Part shown: positions 50,290 to 55,068 of the stretch, in pieces
Layout of the letters: each line of letters begins with the position of its first letter
Numbering within the stretch: the first letter of the stretch is position 1
Source of the DNA: Candidatus Limnocylindrales bacterium
Lineage (GTDB): Bacteria; Chloroflexota; Limnocylindria; Limnocylindrales; CSP1-4
Assembly (NCBI GenBank): GCA_035703005.1
Contig: DASSZA010000125.1
Coordinates: forward strand, 1 to 55,068
Direction: 5' to 3'
Length of the DNA: 55,068 nucleotides
The notes under the pieces: model-generated
What the model was told of the DNA's origin: nothing
Databases searched by the model: none
What the model saw: the letters and a program-made list of their open reading frames with translations, nothing else
Translations under genes and position numbers: made by a program

Positions 50290-51333
50290 ATGGCGATCGA
50301 CCCCAAGCGACTGCTGGTCACCGGCGGCGCCGGCTTCATCGGCTCGTGCTACGTCCGCGACCTCCTCGCGCGGCGGGACGGGACGGAGATCACCGTCCTC
50401 GACAAGCTGACATACGCCGGCAACGAGGCGAACCTGGCTCCTATCCGCGACGACCCTGAGGTGGCCGCTCGGTTCCGGTTCGTCCGGGGTGACATCGCCG
50501 ACCCCGGCGTGGTGGGGCCGCTCGTCGCGGACGCAGATGCGGTCGTCAACTTCGCCGCCGAATCACACGTCGATCGCTCGATCCTCGACCCGGAGGCGTT
50601 CCTCCGGACTGGGGTCATCGGCGTCCACGTGCTGCTCGAGGCCGTTCGTTCCGCGTCCAGGCCGGTCCGCTTCCTCCAGGTGTCGACGGATGAGGTCTAC
50701 GGCTCGGTCGAGGACGGCCATTCGCGAGAGGACGATCCGCTTCGGCCGAGGTCGCCGTACGCCGCGGCGAAGGCTGCCGGCGAACTGCTCGTGCGGAGCT
50801 ATGTCGTGACCCATGGCGTCGATGCGGTCGTCACCCGAGGGTCCAACACCTACGGCCCGTATCACCACCCGGAGAAGCTCATCCCGCTGTTCGTGACCAA
50901 CGCGATCGACGACCAGCCACTACCGCTCTACGGCGACGGACTCCAGCGGCGCGACTGGCTGTACGTCGCGGACCATGCCGCTGGGGTCGACCATGCGCTG
51001 CGGCACGGCATCACTGGGCAGACGTACAACATCCCTGGCGGGGTCGAGATGGCGAACCGCGACGTCGTGCGCTTGCTGCTGGACCGCCTCGGCAAGCCCT
51101 GGTCGCTCGTTCGCCATGTCGAGGACCGACCGGGGCACGACCGCCGCTATGCGATGGATGGGTCCAGGCTTGCCGACCTCGGGTGGCGGCCACGTACGTC
51201 GTTCGAGGACGGGCTCGCCGAGACCGTCGACTGGTTCGTCGCCAACGAGCCGTGGTGGCGGGCCGCACGCTCGGGCGATTGGGACGCCTACTACGAGCGC
51301 CAGTACGGGTCGCGTCTTCGGTCGGCCGGCTGA
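50290..51333 (+). CDS. rmlB: dTDP-glucose 4,6-dehydratase
   Basis: ORF trimmed to ATG 50290; LLVTGGAGFIGS, STDEVYG, YAAAKAA. Confidence 0.9.
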   Translation: MAIDPKRLLVTGGAGFIGSCYVRDLLARRDGTEITVLDKLTYAGNEANLAPIRDDPEVAARFRFVRGDIADPGVVGPLVADADAVVNFAAESHVDRSILDPEAFLRTGVIGVHVLLEAVRSASRPVRFLQVSTDEVYGSVEDGHSREDDPLRPRSPYAAAKAAGELLVRSYVVTHGVDAVVTRGSNTYGPYHHPEKLIPLFVTNAIDDQPLPLYGDGLQRRDWLYVADHAAGVDHALRHGITGQTYNIPGGVEMANRDVVRLLLDRLGKPWSLVRHVEDRPGHDRRYAMDGSRLADLGWRPRTSFEDGLAETVDWFVANEPWWRAARSGDWDAYYERQYGSRLRSAG

Positions 51334-52238
51334 TGCGGGTCGCCGTCACTGGCGCGGCCGGTCGGTTGGGCAGCGCTCTCGTCACCGCCCTCGGCGATGC
51401 CCCATTCACCGGGCCTGCCGGCCCGATCGCGTGGACCCGTGCCGACTTCGATCTTGACGCGCCGGAGTCGATCGGACGGCTGCTCGACCGCGACCGGCCG
51501 GAGGTCGTGGTGAATCCGGCGGCGTGGACGGACGTGGACGGGTGCGCGCTTGACCCTGAACTCGCGATGCGGCGCAACGCCGGCGCGGTCGGCATCCTCG
51601 CTGAGGCGACGGCATCACGCGGCATCGATCTTGTCCAGATCAGCACAAACGCCGTGTTCGCCGGGACGAGATCGCACGATCGGGGATATCGATCCGACGA
51701 TCCGACGGTCCCGGAGAGTCCGTATGGCCGCTCGAAGCTCGCTGGCGAGGCCGCGGCATTCGCTGCGTACAAGGACCGCCCGACCGGTGTGTCTGTCGTT
51801 CGAACTGCGTGGCTCTTCGGACCGCCCGGCAATGACTACCCGACGAAGATCCTGGCGGCGGCCGAACGCGCATCAGGATCGGCGGAGCCGTTGGACGTCG
51901 TCGGCGACGAGTTTGGCTCGCCCTCGTTCACGCATGACGTCGCGGACGCCATCGTCGACCTCGTTGGTTCCGGCTACATGTCCGGCATCCATCACGTCGT
52001 CAACGCTGGCGTCGCCTCACGGGCGCTCTGGGCACGAGAGCTCTTTCGCCAGATGGGGATGGACGTGCCGATTCGTGAGGTACCGGCCGGAACGTGGCAG
52101 CGACCCTCGCCACCGTTGCGATGGGGGGTTCTCGAGCAAACGCCGTTGCCCTCGGGTGAGCCGATGCGGCCGTGGGAGGCCGCCCTTGCGGACTACGTGC
52201 CGCTGCTCCGCCGGCAGCGCTCGGCGGCTGCACGATGA
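51333..52238 (+). CDS. rmlD: dTDP-4-dehydrorhamnose reductase
   Basis: ORF trimmed to ATG 51333 (TGATG overlap); MRVAVTGAAGRLG, YGRSKLAGE. Confidence 0.85.
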   Translation: MRVAVTGAAGRLGSALVTALGDAPFTGPAGPIAWTRADFDLDAPESIGRLLDRDRPEVVVNPAAWTDVDGCALDPELAMRRNAGAVGILAEATASRGIDLVQISTNAVFAGTRSHDRGYRSDDPTVPESPYGRSKLAGEAAAFAAYKDRPTGVSVVRTAWLFGPPGNDYPTKILAAAERASGSAEPLDVVGDEFGSPSFTHDVADAIVDLVGSGYMSGIHHVVNAGVASRALWARELFRQMGMDVPIREVPAGTWQRPSPPLRWGVLEQTPLPSGEPMRPWEAALADYVPLLRRQRSAAAR

Positions 52239-52822
52239 CTGACCGGTCATCTGAAAAGATCCCCGGCGTCCGATACGGCACGGTCGAGCGGCACGCCGAT
52301 GAGCGCGGCGCGTTCCGGGAACTGTGGCGCGCGTCGACGATCGCGATCGACGCCGCCGATGCTGGTGCTGCCACTGGAGCGGCGCCGAGCTTCGTCCAGG
52401 CGAACCTGTCGACCTCCGCGATCGGTGTCATCCGGGGGCTGCATCTCCATCGTCATCAGCTTGATCGCTGGGTCATCGGATCCGGTCGCGCGTTCATCGC
52501 TCTGGTCGACACGCGCCCGATGCTCACCGGGGGCCCGACGCCGGCGGTCGAGACGCGCCTCCTTGGTGCGGACGACTGGGTCCAGATCCCTGCCGGCGTC
52601 GCGCATGGGTTCATGGCGCTGGAACCCGTCGAGCTCGTCTACCTCGTGACCACCGAGTACGACGGCCAGGACGAACGCGGCTTCGCCTGGGACGACCCGC
52701 TCGCAGCGGTCCCGTGGCCGTTGCCCGCGCCGACGCCCGACGGCGAGCCCATCCTCTCGGACCGCGACCGTTCGAATCCGTCGCTGGCTGAGCTCGTCTC
52801 GCAGCTTCGCGCCGGCGACTGA
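52235..52822 (+). CDS. rmlC: dTDP-4-dehydrorhamnose 3,5-epimerase
   Basis: ORF trimmed to ATG 52235 (ATGA overlap); DERGAFRELW, IRGLHLH, GVAHGF cupin motifs. Confidence 0.85.
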   Translation: MTDRSSEKIPGVRYGTVERHADERGAFRELWRASTIAIDAADAGAATGAAPSFVQANLSTSAIGVIRGLHLHRHQLDRWVIGSGRAFIALVDTRPMLTGGPTPAVETRLLGADDWVQIPAGVAHGFMALEPVELVYLVTTEYDGQDERGFAWDDPLAAVPWPLPAPTPDGEPILSDRDRSNPSLAELVSQLRAGD

Positions 52823-52980
52823 CCCGCCGCCGACCGCACCGCACGGCACCTTCTCCCCCCGCACCACTCGTCTCAGCGCTCCGATGTGGCTAGACCCCAG
52901 CGGACCTTGCCGCGATGGAGTCCGCCCGCCGCTGACGCGACGCTTCCTGGGTCCGTCATCCCCATGTCAGCGGAGCTCTC

Positions 52981-55068
52981 GTGCGTCGACCCGTTGCCAT
53001 CGCCGTGCTCGCGTTCGTCGGGACATTCGCCGCGCTCGGCAACCCGCCGGCGACGAATGCCGCCACCGCGCGCACGCCGGCGAAGGTCGTGATCGTGGTC
53101 GGCGCGACCCATGGCACGACGCCGACCTATCGCAAGTACGCGGACGCCGCGTACGCCGAGGCCATCAAGTACACGCCGAACGTCGTCAAGGTCTACAGCC
53201 CGAACGCGACGTGGTCGCGGGTCAAGGCCGCGGCCGTCGGCGCCTCGATCCTCATCTACTTCGGCCACGGTAACGGCTGGCCGAGTCCGTACACGTACGA
53301 CCCCCAGTACACGACGAAGGACGGGATGGGCCTCAACGCCGACCTCAACGGCGACGGGAAGCTCTCGGACTACGAGAACAAGTACTACGGCGAGCCATAC
53401 ATGAAGTCGCTCGACCTCGCCCCGAACGCCATCGTGCTGCTGCATAACCTCTGCTATGCGTCGGGGAACTCCGAGCCGGGCAAACCGCAGCCGACCGTGA
53501 GCGTCGCGCGTCAGCGAATCAGCAACTACGCAGCGGGCTTCCTCGCCTCGAACGCCCAGGCGGTCATCGCGGACGGGCATCACGGCCCGGCCGACTACAT
53601 CCGGGCGCTGTTCACGACCGATCAGACGATCGAGCAGCTGTGGCGGACCGCGCCCGACAACAACGGCCACGTCAGCAGCTTCACGTCGACACGGACGAGC
53701 GGCGTTCGCGCGCTGATGGACCCTGAGGGCACGTCGAGCGGCTTCTATCGGTCGCTCGTCACCCACCCGACTCTGACGACGAGGATGGTCGTCGGGACGG
53801 TCGACACGAGCCGCGATCCCGCGACACTCCAAGTCCCGGGCAGGGCCTCCGCTCGTGTCGCCGACGCCCTGCTATGGCCGGATCTCGACGCGGCCGTCAC
53901 TGGTACCCCCGAGACCGCCGCCCCCCAGGCGATCGATAGCCGCTTCGCGACGATCTCACGCCCGACGCAGACCGGCCCGGCCGGCGTGGCGCTCATCGAG
54001 GTCGCGCGGCTCGACGATGCGACCGTACACGGGTTCATGCGCGCGGCCGACCTCACGCCGCGCGACAGCCTCCCGCCGCGAGTCCTGGCGGTCGACCCTG
54101 CCGCCCCCGTGCTGTCGCCGAACGGCGATGGTGTCGCCGACACGACCACGATCAGCGCAGCGCTCTCCGAGTCCGCGGCGTGGCGGATCCGCTTCCGGGA
54201 CGCCGACGGTGCCACCCTCTATGAGGCGACCGGGGACGGCGCCGACCCGGAGGCGACCTGGGACGGGCTCGCCGATGGCACCCCGGTCCCCGACGGCACG
54301 TACAGCTACCGGATCGACACGACCGACGGCTGGTCGAACGCGAGCTACAAGACAGGTACGGTCCGGGTCGATCTCACCGGTCCGACCCTCACAGGCGTGA
54401 CCCCGGCAGCTGACATGGAAACGTGGATCGCCCCGAACGGCGACGGCGTCCGCGAGTCGGTGGCATTCGCGGGCAGCATGTCCGAAGGGGGTTCGCTCGC
54501 CGCCTACGTACGAGATGCCGGTGGGACGCTCGTCCGCTCGTTCAGCGTCCCGACCGGGACGGCAGCCGTGCTCACGTGGGATGGCAAGGCCAACGACGGA
54601 TCGGTCGTGCCCGATGGGACCTACGAGGTCCGACTCATCCCTCGCGATGCCGTCGGCAACGCCGGTGCTTCCGTGACGCGCTCCCTGACGGTCGCCGCGT
54701 TCCTGGGTTCGGTGACCTCATCCAAGGCCGTGTTCTATCCGCAGGACCGCGACACGCTCTCTACCGGGACGCGCCTGTCATTCGCGCTCAAGCGCCCGGC
54801 GACGGTGACGTGGACCATCCGCAACGCAGCCGGGACCGTGGTCGCGACCCTGCTTGACGGTGTGGAGACGCCCGCCGGTACGACGGCCCTCAGCTGGTAC
54901 GCCCTGAACGATGCCGGCGCCATGCTCCCGACCGGCCGCTACACCGCGGTCGTCTCGGCCACCGACGGGGCGCTGACCGCGGTGCAGGCCGTCGGATTCG
55001 AGATGAATGCCTTCGGGATCCGGCCGTCCGCGTCGACCGCGACGCGAGGCCGGTCGATCTCGATCAGC
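52981..55068 (+). CDS. Secreted multidomain protein: legumain/caspase-fold-like N-domain plus at least 3 FlgD-Ig-like repeats; 3' end beyond window (absent from ORF track)
   Basis: Own translation from GTG 52981 (GGAG 52972-52975): VRRPVAIAVLAFVGTFAALGNPPATNA signal; open for 696 codons to window end; SPNGDGVADTT...TWDG...VPDGTYSY repeats at about 54100-54354, 54412-54666, 54727-54990. Confidence 0.7.
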   Translation, partial: MRRPVAIAVLAFVGTFAALGNPPATNAATARTPAKVVIVVGATHGTTPTYRKYADAAYAEAIKYTPNVVKVYSPNATWSRVKAAAVGASILIYFGHGNGWPSPYTYDPQYTTKDGMGLNADLNGDGKLSDYENKYYGEPYMKSLDLAPNAIVLLHNLCYASGNSEPGKPQPTVSVARQRISNYAAGFLASNAQAVIADGHHGPADYIRALFTTDQTIEQLWRTAPDNNGHVSSFTSTRTSGVRALMDPEGTSSGFYRSLVTHPTLTTRMVVGTVDTSRDPATLQVPGRASARVADALLWPDLDAAVTGTPETAAPQAIDSRFATISRPTQTGPAGVALIEVARLDDATVHGFMRAADLTPRDSLPPRVLAVDPAAPVLSPNGDGVADTTTISAALSESAAWRIRFRDADGATLYEATGDGADPEATWDGLADGTPVPDGTYSYRIDTTDGWSNASYKTGTVRVDLTGPTLTGVTPAADMETWIAPNGDGVRESVAFAGSMSEGGSLAAYVRDAGGTLVRSFSVPTGTAAVLTWDGKANDGSVVPDGTYEVRLIPRDAVGNAGASVTRSLTVAAFLGSVTSSKAVFYPQDRDTLSTGTRLSFALKRPATVTWTIRNAAGTVVATLLDGVETPAGTTALSWYALNDAGAMLPTGRYTAVVSATDGALTAVQAVGFEMNAFGIRPSASTATRGRSISIS

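Noticed and set aside
52884-54857. Short plus-strand track ORFs (52884..53273, 53111..53404, 53855..54400, 54423..54857) and minus-strand ORFs 52873..53832 and 53745..54215
   Set aside because: All are off-frame relative to the 696-codon open frame from 52981. That frame has a signal peptide and repeated FlgD-Ig-like domains, and the track omitted it only because it lacks a stop in the window.
1-55068. Mobile elements, prophage, integrons, toxin-antitoxin pairs or known defence systems
   Set aside because: I recognised no transposase, integrase, recombinase, reverse transcriptase, nuclease-helicase or cas-like proteins in any frame, and saw no terminal inverted repeats or compositional islands.

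Overview
This is a 55,068-bp, very GC-rich (about 70% by eye), gene-dense chromosomal segment. The gene content looks Actinomycetota- or Chloroflexota-like; I cannot resolve the lineage without a database search. I call 56 protein-coding genes. Two of them run off the window edges and are therefore missing from the supplied ORF track: a lipoprotein at 1-707 (-) and a large secreted protein at 52981-55068 (+). I recognised no rRNA, tRNA, CRISPR array, transposase, integrase or prophage gene.

Recognisable content:
- Methylcrotonyl-CoA carboxylase beta subunit
- pdxS-pdxT, followed by a GNAT protein and a SpoIIIAA/Ycf45-like R3H ATPase
- A tightly packed tldD-pmbA string
- A NicO-type Ni/Co transporter
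- tmk translationally coupled to an ECF sigma / anti-sigma pair
- A GAF-GGDEF cyclase divergent from a darA (c-di-AMP receptor)-MaoC-MFS-NUDIX operon
- guaB3 and guaA, and a truncated haemoglobin (glbO)
- A four-gene two-component operon
- radC, a ZIP transporter and mreBC (no mreD)
- rmlABDC

Many long ORFs in the track are antisense or N-terminally over-extended artefacts of the high GC content. I trimmed starts using Shine-Dalgarno sites, start/stop overlaps (ATGA/GTGA/TTGA, at least 13 cases) and -10 boxes.

I found no system I can name as novel with confidence. The candidates I consider most worth a second look are:
- An uncharacterised zinc-ribbon / membrane / CPBP-protease module at 40.3-45.5 kb, together with its unusual upstream region
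- A membrane-anchored Vps62/DUF946-like protein
- The darA operon context
- The tldD-pmbA-zinc-ribbon-desulfurase-SnoaL string
- A secreted legumain-like/FlgD-Ig protein
- A window-wide pattern of leaderless promoters, including a recurrent GGTAGACT box

All homology calls are motif recognition by eye, not searches.
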